A DNA stretch of 64,000 bases from Macrostomum lignano (taxonomy: Eukaryota), in contig NIVC01000667.1 in assembly GCA_002269645.1 (NCBI GenBank), positions 372,001 through 436,000 on the forward strand. Direction: 5' to 3'. Position numbers and translations under genes: made by a program. Positions 24,616 through 55,679 of the stretch are shown here, piece after piece. The notes beneath the pieces were generated by a model. It was not told where the DNA came from. It saw only the letters and a program-made list of their open reading frames with translations, and searched no databases. Every line of letters starts with the position of its first letter. Position 1 is the stretch's first letter.

Positions 24616-27600
24616 CTAATCCCAACCGAGTCTTTTCCAGCTGTTACGCATACCCAACACCCGATTAACCAAAACTCGCATCTCCACCCGGTCCTTTCCG
24701 ACTCGCTCCGCTGCCAGACGGATTCGTTCGATCTGCCGTCGCACGGCGTCTTGAACTCCAACAGCCGAGTGGCTTCGGAAGAACCGTCGGACACGCCGGA
24801 TACCCGAAGTTGAACGAAACGCCAGTCCGTTTATCAGGCGTTTCAACATGTAGGGACCTTCGAAGCGACGCGCTATCGCAGTCCAGTGTCGAGTGAGGAG
24901 ACGCCAAACCGATCTGGAGCTCAGACCGTCGACCAGACAAAGCACCTCTGAAGCTTGCAGCTCCGGGCCTAGCGCCAGAGAGATCAGCCGTTTCTCCACT
25001 TCGGGCCGCTTCTTGTCCTCAAAGGCACCCAGACAGCCGATGATTTCCTCCCGTCGGGCTATCGACTGTGTGCGATTCAATACCGACAAGAGATGCCAGA
25101 AATGTGACACGCCGATGCCGCCGCTGCTGCCACCAGCTGCGATTCGGCACACAACGCTCCACAAGTCTGGCGAAACAGTCTCTGGTCTAGTGCCATTCAG
25201 CCACCGAGGAAACGCTTTCACTGCCCAGTTTTCGACGTTTCTATCGCCCGCGTAATCCAGACAAGTTGTTCGAACTCTCTCGAACCCGCTACTGTTCCGG
25301 GATCTCAATCGAGTCAAGCACAAATCGTGAACATAGCGCTGCCAGTTATTAAAAGCCTTTGTATCACTCATTGGCACCGCATCACCCATCTCGTACAGAT
25401 GATTCAGCATGTTTGTCCACACCTGTAGGCTGGAGTCGTGACGCAACACATGTACAGCATGCAGTGGGTCCTCCGCCCAGACTCGGTCCGCTGCATGCAT
25501 CGCGAACACATCATCCAGCAGCAATAAACGACCCGATGGTCTTATGCCGCCTCTGACTGCTTCTCTCAGCAGCTCGGTCATCAGACTGCGCGGGTAAGAG
25601 GTTCGATAGAAACCAGTAGCATTGGGATTAAGCATGGCCCAACCGCAGTTAGGCAGTTGAATAGTCATTCTCGATCTGGTCATGACCCGTCTGATAACGT
25701 CGCCGTCCTGCGTTGCTATCACGATTGGGATGCGCCAAAGCCACCGGTCGTGAAGGCGATCGGCTCCTGGCAGACGGTAGCGGCTCTGTCTGAGTCTTAA
25801 AGTGCAACCAGATTCGTCAGTCTCGATGGAAGCGAAAATCACCGGGAAGCTTTTCCGCGTTGTCCAGTCGTGCATCACCTCCGCTATCGACGGTTCTCCA
25901 GCGGGTCTGTCATTGAGCGTCTCCTGTAGCGCCTTCCATAGGTCGCTGGTGGCAGCGTTGCCGAATCGATGCCGACGAATGTAGTTGCGCAGACCAGCGA
26001 AGAAGTTCTCGCGTCCCAGCCAGTCGTGCAGCATGCCAACGAGGGCCGCGCCTTTGCCGTAGCTGATCGAGTCAAACACTTCCGCCGTGTCCTCCGGTCG
26101 ATGAACGTCGGCCTCGACCGGGTGCGAAGCTTCCAGAGCGTCGTCGCTCATGGCGCTCAGCAGCTCGGTGCTCACGAACCAGCTCCGCGAGTCGATCAAG
26201 CCAGGCCGAATTGCGTCTAATTCGTTGTATGACAACCAAGTGGCGAATCCCTCGTTTAGCCAAAGGTCGGACCACCAGGCGGGCGAAACTAGATTGCCGA
26301 ACCACTGGTGAGCCAGCTCGTGAATCACGGTCGTAGCAACGAATGCGCGAAGTGCCTCTGGTGTGTCTTTCGATGCAAGCAAGCTGGGCTCATGGAAGAG
26401 CACCAGGCCCCAGTTCTCCATGGCCACGCTAGGAAAGTCTGGCAAGGACACGAGGTCAATCTTAGACAGGGGATAATTCGTGCCAAACAGTTTACCAAAA
26501 TGTGTCAAGGTTTTGTTGGCGATGCCCAACGAAAACGAGCCTTCATGGCGGCGTCCTGGAGGCGTGTAGACTCTGATGTCTATACCATTTTCGTCGACGG
26601 TTTTCAACGGTTGGTCGAACCGACCTATGACGAATGCCAGCAGGTAGGTTGACATTGGCGGTGTACGAGCGAATCGGACTTCGACCCGTGCGGCGCTTTG
26701 ATTTTTGGAAGACGACGAGTGTGTTATTAGCTTCCGTGACACCTCAGGCGAGTTGGACAGCGCGAGTAGGTCAGCCGGGACTGTCAGGGTCAGATCGAAG
26801 GTGGCCTTCATTGCCGGCTCGTCCCAGCACGGAAACGCTTTCCGAGCGTCTGTGGGCTCAAAATGAGTGGCAATTATTATCGAGTCCAAGTCCACCGGGT
26901 TACCAGGTGGTGAAGCTACTCGAAATACGCCAGATAGACGGGTGTTGATGCGAGCTGTGAACGATGCGTAGAGCTCCCAGATGCCCGGAGGGACTGGGTC
27001 AGCAAAATTCAGACTGATCATTTGTGCGTCACGATCGTACGTCACGTTCAGAGGCGAACCTGAAAGGGAGCAGGTTGGTTGAGTTGGTTGAGAAAAGCAA
27101 TTAACTTGTAATTTTCATGCTCAATGAACGGATCGCAATGTTAAACCGCAGTCTGGCGCAAATGGGGCAGTTAATTCTTGTCTAATTAGGCATTGCGCTC
27201 GGGCTGTGGGTTTAGACACTGAAAAGGAATAAAGCTAGGCTCGAAAACGGCTTTCCCGTCTCCCTGCCTTTTTCTGCGCCCCAGCACTCCAGCTGATATT
27301 ACTCTGTCTTGGCCCCTTGGCTGGCTGTCGAACGGCGTAATTTTCAATTAAATCTTTTAATTCCCCGTGCTAATTCGCCTATTCTCTTTCTTTGGCCTCA
27401 GCATTGCCTCTCAATCCTCAGATCGCAGAGGACGAATTTGAGAGAACTTGCTGTGGCAGCGGCCTCGAGGAAGGGTTTTGAACCCGTCTGGCAACTCTAT
27501 AAATCTGCGCATAAAGATCCTCGGAAGCGTCTTGACACGGTCAAGTTCAGTGACATCTTTGCTTTCAGGCAAGGGTTCGACGTTGCGTTCCGGCCGAGGA

Positions 27601-29441
27601 CTATACCGGTCAATGCTACGATCAAGGGGCTGTACCAGCATCATTATCTGCGATATCATCAAGATCCTTCTGGGACAGTAGCTCGTATCACGTCCACAGC
27701 CTGCTTCATCCAGCCAGCACCGTGCTCTTATTTGTACAACCGCCTTGAAAGCCAGCAATCTGGTGTACGATACCAGCATCCCTATGTGAACTTTGGCATC
27801 AAACTTTCTCTTTGCCATGGCTTAACCTTAACTTTCCATTTGATGCTTGCCTGGCCTACCAGCAACTCCCAGTTTAGGAGCTTGACAATTCAGCAACCAC
27901 CTCATGAGCCACAGCATTTCAGCGATACCCCATTAGTCTTAACGACTCAGCAACTCCCCCCCCCCTCCGACGAGCTTTGGCATATCAGCAATTCCTTCCA
28001 AGAGCCACAGCATTTCAGCAATTACTGCATGAGTCTTAACATCTTAGCCACTAATCCAGTCCAGTCTTATGGTTGAATCCTAACCCTAACTTTAACCCTG
28101 CTAAGAGCCACAGCATTAACCGAGCCCCATGCTTCGCTAGGGTAAGAAAGGAGGTCCGCACCCTCAAGCACAACTTGGACTTCTTCACATATCAAACGCG
28201 ACCTCTGGTTGTCCTTCTAGCGCAAACTGGTTCCTCACCTCCCTTCATTAACCAGCAGGATTTTTTTCCAAAGCCTGCTAAAGCTAACTCAAATTAAAAA
28301 TAGACAATTTATTATAGCTATCAGCTCCCTGAAACCAATAAACCCCCTTGGACTCCCTGGACTTCCCTGGACTCCCTAGGACTCCCCTGGACTCCCCTGG
28401 ACTCCCAGTTCCAGCAACCCCCACACAGAGACAGAGACGCATGCTTTATTGCCGTCAATTAGGAAAATTAAATATTGTGACCCAGTCAATAATTTTCAAT
28501 TTTCAAGAGGACAGAAGGTGACACACAGGTAAGCCAACCTAGGTCTCCGCTGTCAAGTTGCCTATCATCAGCTCTAAAACTATCCAGTAGCAATTAAAAT
28601 CTGCACTTCACGCAGCCACATGAAGCATTTCTCCCAACAGCAACAGCATAGGAATCCTACTCACGTCCGCTCAGACTGGGAGCGCCTGTCAGAAGCACCG
28701 CGTTGCCGTTGAGAACTATTGAAGTGACTGCCTCGGATATCTGAAATTTTATAATGAGCTTCGTTGTTAGTATTTATGTCTCCTTTATTTGCACCCATCC
28801 CCTGTCATCTCTCCTTCTCCCAACTTTTCATACTCAGAAAGCTTCAAAACGTCACTCACTGCAATTGTTGCAATCATTTTTCCAGCCAGGATGTTTGACG
28901 CTAAGTTGGGCTCAAAGAACAGCTGATAGTTTAACGGTTTCACATGGGATGGCAGTCTGCGAGCGATGCAGTCACAAAGTATTATTATGATTTGTTATAA
29001 TTAGCTGGTGGGAAATTGGTGCTTTTTGAACTTTGAAGTGATGATAAAAGTGACAATGAGAGTGGAAATTAGGAGTGACGATAAGAGTGACAATGCGAGT
29101 GAGATCAGGAGTGACAATAAGACTAACAATGCGAGTGAGATCAGGAGTGACAATAAAAGTGACAATGCGAGTGAGATCAGGAGTGCCAGTTACAGTAGAA
29201 AGCTTCACAATAAATTACTCGCAGACATTTTCAGCTGTGCCGAGTGAGCACTTGCCTGAACTTTCGCGTCGAACTTGCTGCAGATGTCACCTGAAATCGA
29301 TCAATACAGTCAGGTGAATTCCCCGTTCAGAAGCGGACAGCTGATTATGATGCCTACCTGAATGCTGAAAGCAGCTGACAGCAAAGCCAAGGCAGCAGCA
29401 AAAGTGACCAGGCAGGAAGCCGGAACACTGCAGGTGGACAT
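24616..29441 (-). CDS. M1-family zinc aminopeptidase, copy 3, intact, ~911 aa, N-terminal signal peptide
   Basis: Exons 29441-29358, 29290-29256, 28956-28860, 28740-28665, 27059-24616 sum to 2736 nt (911 aa + stop) with no interruption. All M1 catalytic motifs are present; the catalytic region is most reminiscent of puromycin-sensitive aminopeptidase. Confidence 0.93.
27130..28540 (+). mobile_element. Foreign 1.4-kb segment in intron 4 of copy 3, containing a possible transposase-related coding fragment
   Basis: Replaces ~0.4 kb present in copies 1 and 2. Non-repetitive reading frame 27400-27800 (...DIFAFRQGF...IKGLYQHHYLRYHQDPSGTV...). No TIR or TSD identified. Confidence 0.3.
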
Positions 29442-29799
29442 TGCTCTTGTGCCCCTTTGCTTTGAGAAATCAGTGTTTGATTCTTTGACGACTTGGGTGT
29501 TTGACTGACTCTTCGTTCAAGGTCGGATCACTGTGGCTTGTGGCTCTTATAGAGCTCTGTTTGTTCTTTTTAACTTTGCACCGACTTTGTTTGAACAGGC
29601 TGTAAAGCATTTGATATATCTTCCTTCTTCTCACTCCCTGAGCTGTGAGTTGATTAAAGGATTTGATCAGAGCAAATGCGTTGAACATACGAGTATTTGA
29701 AAAGTTACCCTGTTTTTGTAACTTTCACCAAAAAGACTAAGACGAAAAATTCATGTCTGAATTGAGGGTGAGGTAAAGAATGAAAGTGTGAGGGAGAGG

Positions 29800-30135
29800 A
29801 AAGGGTGAGGGAGAGAATGAGAGTGAGGGAGAGAAGAGAGTGAGGGAGAGAAGAGAGTGAGGGAGAGAAGAGAGTGAGGGAGAGAAGACAGTGAGGGAGA
29901 GAGAGACTGAGAGAGAAAAGAGAGTGAGGGCGAGAAGAGAGTGAGGGAGAGAAGAGAGTGAGGGAGAGAAGAGAGTGAGGGAGAGAAGAGAGTGAGGGAG
30001 AGAAGAGAGTGAGGGAGAGAAGAGAGTGAGGGAGAGAAGAGAGTGAGGGAGAGAAGAGAGTGAGGGAGAGAAGAGAGTGAGGGAGAGAAGAGAGTGAGGG
30101 AGAGGAGAGAGTGAGGGAGAGAAGAGAGTGAGGGA
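29800..30135. repeat. 17-bp purine-rich tandem repeat
   Basis: GAGGGAGAGAAGAGAGT x~19. Confidence 0.93.
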
Positions 30136-30768
30136 AACAAGTTGGGAGTGAGGGGATGTGTTGAGGAAGATTGGGCAAGCGCAGTTAAAATTACCATATA
30201 GCAATCCATCAAGGTATTATTCTGGGTTGACAATGTAAACTCGTACATTAATTTCATATGAGACACTATTACATGTACAAATACCCAATGTATAGAATAT
30301 CCTGCAGAACAAATTAATTATAGTAATTCTATTATTCAATCATCTCGGTCTATTTGTCTCTCTATGGATCATCCAATACCTGAGTCAATACAATAGTTAA
30401 ATAGATGGCCCTAGTGCCTGGCACTCTCGCCCACCAATCATCGGGCACAGATGGAGCCCATCTCTCACCTGCCACAAAGCTGTCTACGGGAGATAGGATA
30501 GGACAATGGAAGGAGTGCAATGAAGGAGGGGCATCGTAAAACTAAAACTACACCTATAGCCGTGTGTCAGCACTCAGAGCGACTGAGTGACATTAGGGAT
30601 CAAAATTAAACTGATAGTGTATAAAACTGCTGCCTTTGGTCTGAGCTGGTGAGCCTCCAGCCTCCCCCTTCATCAGGGCTCTGTCCGTCACTTGCCTCCA
30701 ATTCACGAGTGTCTTTTCTGCCATTAGGAAAACTATTTTTTTAACAGGTGGAACTGTGATAAGCATAT

Positions 30769-45691
<14,923 letters not shown>

Positions 45692-45769
45692 TTAATTTTT
45701 ATGAATGCAGCATCTCACAAGTTGCATGCGATGTTCTATTTTAACTCAATGGGGAGTTGGAGCCTAGTA

Positions 45770-45847
45770 GGGGGTTGTAGCCTAGTGGCTAGAGCGTCGG
45801 ACTCACGATTTGAAGTTCGGGGCCGGGGGTTCAATTCCCGATCCCAG
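45770..45847 (+). pseudogene. tRNA-like sequence (Val-CAC-like anticodon arm); tRNA pseudogene or SINE head
   Basis: A-box TAGCCTAGTGG, anticodon arm TCGGA-CTCACGA-TTTGA, B-box GGTTCAATTCC; poor acceptor stem and long variable region; partial duplicate of the 5' end at 45751-45770. Confidence 0.5.
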
Positions 45848-45954
45848 TACAACAATTGTTACTATTAATATTATCTAACTCAAAAATATTTATTTGCGAT
45901 GCCTCTGTGACCCGACAAAGTCACTGTTCTTCTATGGTCACCGTTCTCCCAAAT

Positions 45955-46870
45955 TCCTCGTTCCCTCAAGGTCACCATTCCCTCAAGGTCACCGTTCCCT
46001 TAAGGTCACCGTTCCCTCAAGGTCACCGTTCCCTCAAGATCACCATTCCCTCAAGGTCACCATTCCCTCAAGGTCACCGTTCCCTCAAGGTCACCGTTCC
46101 CTTAAGGTCACCGTTTCCTCAAGGTTACCGTTCCCTCAAGGTCACCGTTCTCTCAAGGTCACCGTTCCCTCAAGGTCCCCGTTCCCTCAAGGTCGCCGTT
46201 CCCTCAAGGTCACCGTTCCCTTAAGGTCACCGTTCTCTCAAGGTCACCGTTCTCTCAAGGTCACCGTTCCCTCAAGGTCCCCTTTCCCTCAAGGTCACCG
46301 TTCCCATAAGGTCACCGTTCCCTTAAGGTCACCGTTCTCTCAAGGTCACCGTTCTCTCAAGGTCACCGTTCCCTCAAGGTCTCCGTTACCTCAAGGTCCC
46401 CGTTCCCTCAAGGTCACCGTTCCCTTAAGGTCACCGTTCCCTCAAGGTCCCCGTTCCCTCAAGGTCACCGTTCCCTTAAGGTCACCGTTCCCTCAAGGTC
46501 CCCGTTCTCTCAAGGTCACCGTTCCCTCAAGGTCACCGTTCCCTTAAGGTCACCGTTCCCTTAAGGTCACCGTTCCCTCAAGGTCGCCGTTTCCTCAAGG
46601 TCACCGTTCCCTCAAGGTCACCGTTCCCTCAAGGTCCCCGTTCCCTCAAGGTCACCGTTCCCTCAAGGTCGCCGTTCCCTCAAGGTCCCCGTTCCCTCAA
46701 GGTCACCGTTCCCTCAAGGTCGCCGTTCCCTCAAGGTCGCCGTTTCCTCAAGGTCACCGTTCCTTCAAGGTCGCCGTTCCCTCAAGGTCACCGTTCCCTC
46801 AAGGTCACCATTCCCTCAAGGTCACCGTTCCCTCAAGGTCCCCGTTCCCTTAAGGTTCCCTCAAGGTTCC
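45955..46870. repeat. 17-bp minisatellite
   Basis: CTCAAGGTCACCGTTCC x~53. Confidence 0.96.
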
Positions 46871-47459
46871 CTCCTCATTAGCACTAAGCTGTCTATCTAT
46901 ATAGCTTTCTGTTGATGATCTATCCATCTACCTGCAGTCAATGTCTCGAAGTAATGCAATTTTTTCTGTAATAAAAAACCTACAATACTATCATTTCTTA
47001 TGTACGAGTAGAAAATATTTTTATCAAATATACGACTCATCTATCCGTTTTTTAGAGGATTTGGGCAAACAACTGCTCCAACCAGGCCGTTCCCAGACGG
47101 ATTGATAAAAGTACTTTGATTTGTTTCTTAGAAATCGGGTCCCAAGGGAGTGGAGCTGGGCGGCCTTTGTAAACAGCAAATCGTATAAAAAGCATTGAAA
47201 GCAGACAAATTTTCGTCTCCTTTGCCAACTACAAAAGCAAAGAAGGAAACTTCACAGGAGAAAATTTAGGCCTGTCTTTTTGCTGTGGGCCTTTTTAACT
47301 GAGAGTGACTCAAACTGGGACATTGGGTGTATAATTTAAACCTGACCGCCACTGCTACGCAATACTGTTGTGAGTGTGAACAGGGCACAAATAATAGGGC
47401 GTGCGATAGCCATGTGAACGGGAATGCGACCTTGAATATACATGTTATCATAAATACAA

Positions 47460-47610
47460 ACATGAATGTGACCGTGAATGCGACTGTAAATTTGACCGTG
47501 TATATGACCGTAAATGCAACCGTGAATGTGACCGTGAATGTGACCGTGAATGTGACAATAAAAGTGACTGTGAATGTGACCGTAAATGTGACAATAAAAG
47601 TGACTGAGTG
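47460..47610. repeat. Degenerate 12-bp repeat
   Basis: GTGACCGTGAAT-like units. Confidence 0.8.
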
Positions 47611-48049
47611 TGACCGTGTAAGACATTGCCAGGAATCAACAATTCCGGTAAAATCGGCCCTAAAAGTGACTTTTCCAATTCATACCAAGTTTTATGCCGG
47701 GCCAAAAATATAAATTAATCCCTAGGCCAAAAATCCCCTGTAATGCAGCTGTACAAGGCAGTCCAGGGTGGGCCATACAGCCTGCATCCCCAAGGGAAGG
47801 CGAAGCTCGCCAATAATTTATTATTTGTTGTGGGCACTCGACAGTTAGTGCGGCAGTTGCTAATGAGAAACTTTGATGTCGCTGTGGTTTATGGGGGTGA
47901 AGCAAGGAGATCTTACAAACAGAATCTGGATTGTACTCTTCTTCGTTCAGGGGCTGCATTTTCACTAGCTTGAAAACTTTACAGTTTGTAAACTTTTAAA
48001 GATTTAGTTTACTTCAAACGATTTTCGCGAACATGGTTTCACTTTATGA

Positions 48050-49410
<1,361 letters not shown>

Positions 49411-49791
49411 AAGGGCAGGAGACACGGAGGCCCTCCAGTGGGGCGAAGAGGCTGTAAGAAAACGCTACTCTCCAGTGTTCTGCCCGCATTCTCGCACAAC
49501 AGCAATTCAAATTGGCATCCTTCACTGGGCCTTTTTTCATCTCCAATCGATGCGGGTCCGGTGCCAATCAATTCGATTCAAGTGCTGGCTGGCGCTTGGA
49601 TTAAAAGTACAGCCACCGAAGGAGTGAGGGGTCTCAGCTGTTGTATGTAAAAGAAATGCCAGCTACTTTGAACTGGTTAAACTAAAACATTTTCGATTGT
49701 GATGCCCTGGGACAAGCATTGATCTGGAGCTACATAGTGTATACGCTTGAGTATGAGTGCTCAGGCCATGGGATTTGGGTCGATGAAATTG

Positions 49792-50889
<1,098 letters not shown>

Positions 50890-51122
50890 GGCAGGAGGCT
50901 CGCGCTACTGGAAGAAAAGTTTCGATAGCAGGGAGATAGGAGAGAGACAGGCTATCTGAGCCGTCACAAGTCAAGGAGGATCGCATTGGTCCGCAGATCC
51001 CCAGCATCCCATTGGCCGGCACAGCCAACAAAAGGGATGAGGAGAGGTCGCGGAGAGGCGGCTCGGACCAGTTTCGGAGAAAAAAGTTTATTCTGCTTAA
51101 AAACGAAATTCAATTTTCAAGG

Positions 51123-52476
51123 ATGGCGCCTAGCAACTCTTCAGCAGCCCATCCACCTCTGATGGCTCCCGGCTCCCAGGACGCCATCAGTGTGCAGGTG
51201 TTGCTGGACCTGCTGACTCTCAACGAGACACCGGACGCATCCGTCATCGAGGCGATCTTCTACAAGCACCAGGCGGGCCACAAGCTGTCCAGCCCCTTCT
51301 ACATCGGCCTGTGCGTTGCCTTCGGCGCCCTGCTGGTCACCGCCCTCATCGGCAACCTGCTCGTTCTCTACTCAATCATCTCCTGCTGGACTCAGCGGAA
51401 AACGCATCGTTGCCTCTACCTGAACCTCATCACCTGCGACCTGCTAGTAGCCACCGTCATCATCCCGGCTACCTGCTTCGACCAGCTGGACAGTCGATGG
51501 CTGTTCGGCGGCTCCGTGACCTGCGGCATCCGCCAAGGCCTGAGCGTCTGCCTGATGTTCAGCAGTGTGCATACGGCCACTGTGCTCAGCTGGCTGAGAA
51601 GTCTAGCGGCCAAACGGGCATATCGACCGCCGAAGGGTCGCACTGAGGGCCTCCTGGTGGCCGCCATCTGGTTGGTGGCCGTGGCCCTGTCCTGTCCAGC
51701 TGCTGTAGTGTCCGAGGCCCACCAGCTGCTGCACGTTGTCAACGAGGTGATGAAGAACCAGCTGGACAGGCCCGTGAACTGGCCAGTGTGCATCGAGAAC
51801 TGGGACCGGCTGGGCCAGAAGCCCAAGTTCTGGTACGGCTTCGCCATCCTGCACCTGGCCTGCGTGCTGCCTCTGCTCAGCCTGGGTGTCGCCTACTTCA
51901 GGATCTGCCGCGCCATCTACCGGAGCAACCGGGTGCTGAATGCGCACAAGAGGTGCCAGGGAGTGCTGTCCGTCACCTACCACCATCACCAGAACACGCC
52001 GGACAATACTGTGCTGAGCATGAGGCCCAACTTCTCGCTGGCGTCCACCTGCAGCGCAATCAACCGCAGGAAGAGGGCCACCAACTCAAGGAGGATGTTC
52101 CTGCTCGGCCTGGGACTGGTGCTGATCTTTGCCGTCACCTGGCTGCCGCTGCAGGTGAGGGCTGACCGACCGACTGACTGACTGACTGACTGACTGACTG
52201 ACTGACTGACTGACTGACTGACTGACTGACTGACTGACTGACTGACTGACTGACTGACTGACTGACTGACTGACTGACTGACTGACTGACTGACTGACTG
52301 ACTGACTGACTGACTGACTGACTGACTGACTGACTGACTGACTGACTGACTGACTGACTGACTTGAGTGAGTGGGTAACTGACTGACTGACTGACTGACT
52401 GACTGACTGACTGACTGACTTGAGTGAGTGGGTAACTGACTGACTGACTGACTGACAGACACACAGACGGACAGAA

Positions 52477-52533
<57 letters not shown>

Positions 52534-52886
52534 CCCCGTCCCCACCGCAGCTGACCCAGCTGGTCCGGGCCTACTGGTCGGCCTACAAGAACAAACAAGA
52601 GTCGGACGCCAGCCCCGACTTCCACCGCCTGCTCACCCTGTTCCACCTGCTGGCTCTCACCAACTGCCTGGTGAACCCGTTCTACCTGCTGGCCACTCAC
52701 GCCTGGTACCGGAAGCGCAGCCGGCGCCTCCTTCAAAGACTTCGCTGTCGATTTGGTCAGCCCTGCTGCCACGTGTCCTGGAACTGCAACGTGCGGCTTG
52801 GGCTCCGCGTGATCGCTGTGAGGAGAACCTCGCCGTCAGGGAGTGGCAACGGGAGCGGCGGAGCTGCCGTAGGCGCCAATGTCTAA
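51123..52886 (+). CDS. Class A GPCR, neuropeptide Y/F-receptor-like, ~455 aa, 2 exons
   Basis: Exons 51123-52154 (donor CAG|GTGAGG) and 52551-52886 (acceptor CCGCAG|), phase 0. TM motifs IGNLLV, NLITCDLL, WLFG..TC, AIW...CP, CIENW, VLPL...AYFRI, FAVTWLP, NCLVNPF. Confidence 0.88.
52165..52532. repeat. (GACT)n/(GACA)n microsatellite filling the GPCR intron
   Basis: Direct inspection. Confidence 0.97.
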
Positions 52887-53125
52887 CAGCTTAGCGCCAG
52901 TGTCTAACAGTATAGCGCCATTGTCTAACAGATTAGCGCCAGTGTCTAACAGTTTAGCGCCAGTGTCTAACAGTTTAGCGCCAGTGTCCAACAGTTTAGC
53001 GCCAGTGTCTAACAGATTAGCGCCAGTGTCTAACAGTTTAGCGCCAGTGTCTAACAGTTTAGCGCCAGTGTCTAACAGATTAGCGCGCCAGTGTCTAACA
53101 GTTTAGCGCCTGTGTCTAACAAGCA
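52872..53125. repeat. 21-bp minisatellite overlapping the GPCR stop codon
   Basis: GCGCCAGTGTCTAACAGTTTA x~12. Confidence 0.93.
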
Positions 53126-53724
53126 GTTTGACTCTTGCGTTGGAGCCTTATCTAGCATCAGCGGAACCCGTTTAATCCTACGTGTTTATAACAAAGACCG
53201 TAGCATTATCCCAAGACAAAAAATCGATTTTTCAACTCGTATAAACCACGTTTGTTGTCAGGTGGATTTGATATTTTCGCTGGCTGGTAAAATTACGATT
53301 CATTAAATTAATTATTTTCTGGAATCTCAACTTTAGATGTGGAATTTAGTGAAAACTCTTTGTTAAAATGCGATTATTGCTTTTTAAAATCTGTTCTGCT
53401 GCGATGGTGGTACAGATGACTTATTTCATTTGAATAAAACTGCAAATTCGTTGTAAAAGTATTGTGACCCAGTTAAAAGCCTGTTCTCAGATGAGTTGCC
53501 TTCTTTACCTACTCTTCACCCTACCCTGTCCATTCTACTCTCTCCTCTCTATTGTCCCCCTTCTACTCTTTGCCCTAACTTCTCTACTCTACACTTCATT
53601 CTTTATTTTACTATCTCCCCCTCTTTCGCTCTACTCCACTTTTACGAGCCACATCCTCCACTTCAAGGGCTGTTGCCTTCCCCAGTGCTGAAAGCATTCA
53701 GTTCACGTTTGGAACAATAAACTC

Positions 53725-54300
<576 letters not shown>

Positions 54301-54809
54301 ACAGCCATGGAAACATAGTGCATTCATTGAGCTGAAAATTTTAAGCTGTGCCAGAAAGTTTTTCACTCACTAATGCTTCCAATAAATTTGATATCCGCAT
54401 GTACGCTCTCACCTGTCCCCATCTCACTCTGAGCGTCAGACTTAATGTGGGCGTTTCTCCAACAATTATCATTTTTGCGATGTATTGTAGTGGCTTTTAT
54501 TTCCCAGAGCGTGACGCACTTCTGCTGTAAAGTTGCCAGAAAATATGGGGTAGGTGAGGGGGGCGAAAAAGAGGGAGAGCAGGGAAAAAAACGTTGCCAT
54601 TGTGCCTTCTTCTGCTGTGCATGTAGACCGGTCGTTGGCATCACGCATGACTTTATAAACTGCTAATTAGCTCAGGAAATTGTAGGTGCAGTTGCTAAGC
54701 TTGTTTTTTCTTAGGGTGTAGAAAGATTACTTCAGGCCAGGAAAATAGTACAAAAAAGCCATGGACAGTATCAGCCCTGCACATTCTGAGTGAGTGGGGA
54801 AGCCATGGA

Positions 54810-55305
<496 letters not shown>

Positions 55306-55679
55306 AAAGGTGGATAGATAGAAAGCTTATTTAGACTATATCCCACCCAATGCCAAAAGCACACGTGACGGCTTTCTGAGCAGGCAAATTTTTCGAGAAA
55401 GACAAATACTTCACTGGGAGGATGGAGACAAGAAAACTGAAGTATTTTCGCGCGTCAAACCAGCCCACGCACTTCAGTTTCAGGTGCCTGCAACCCTCCT
55501 GTAGAGCAAGCAATCGAAAAAGTACACCTGTCAATCTGCACCGTAATCCTCCCAGGGAGGCCAATATTAACCCGAAGGGCTTCCAAGCACTCAAATCCCA
55601 GACAAAGGAGAAAGATACAAATAGAAATGCTAGCGCTCGCACAGAACAGCTGAAGCTTCGGGATTATGGGATAGCATTA

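Noticed and set aside
28078-28100. Interstitial telomere (CTAACCCTAAC...TAACCCT)
   Set aside because: Only two to three imperfect units; too short to call.
45770-45847. Functional tRNA-Val(CAC) gene
   Set aside because: The acceptor stem pairs poorly and the variable region is too long for a Val tRNA; kept only as pseudogene/SINE-like.
47255-47740. Possible TIR pair (CAGGAGAAAATTTAGGCC / GGCCAAAAATCCCCTG) around the 12-bp repeat
   Set aside because: Match is too imperfect and no TSD was identified.
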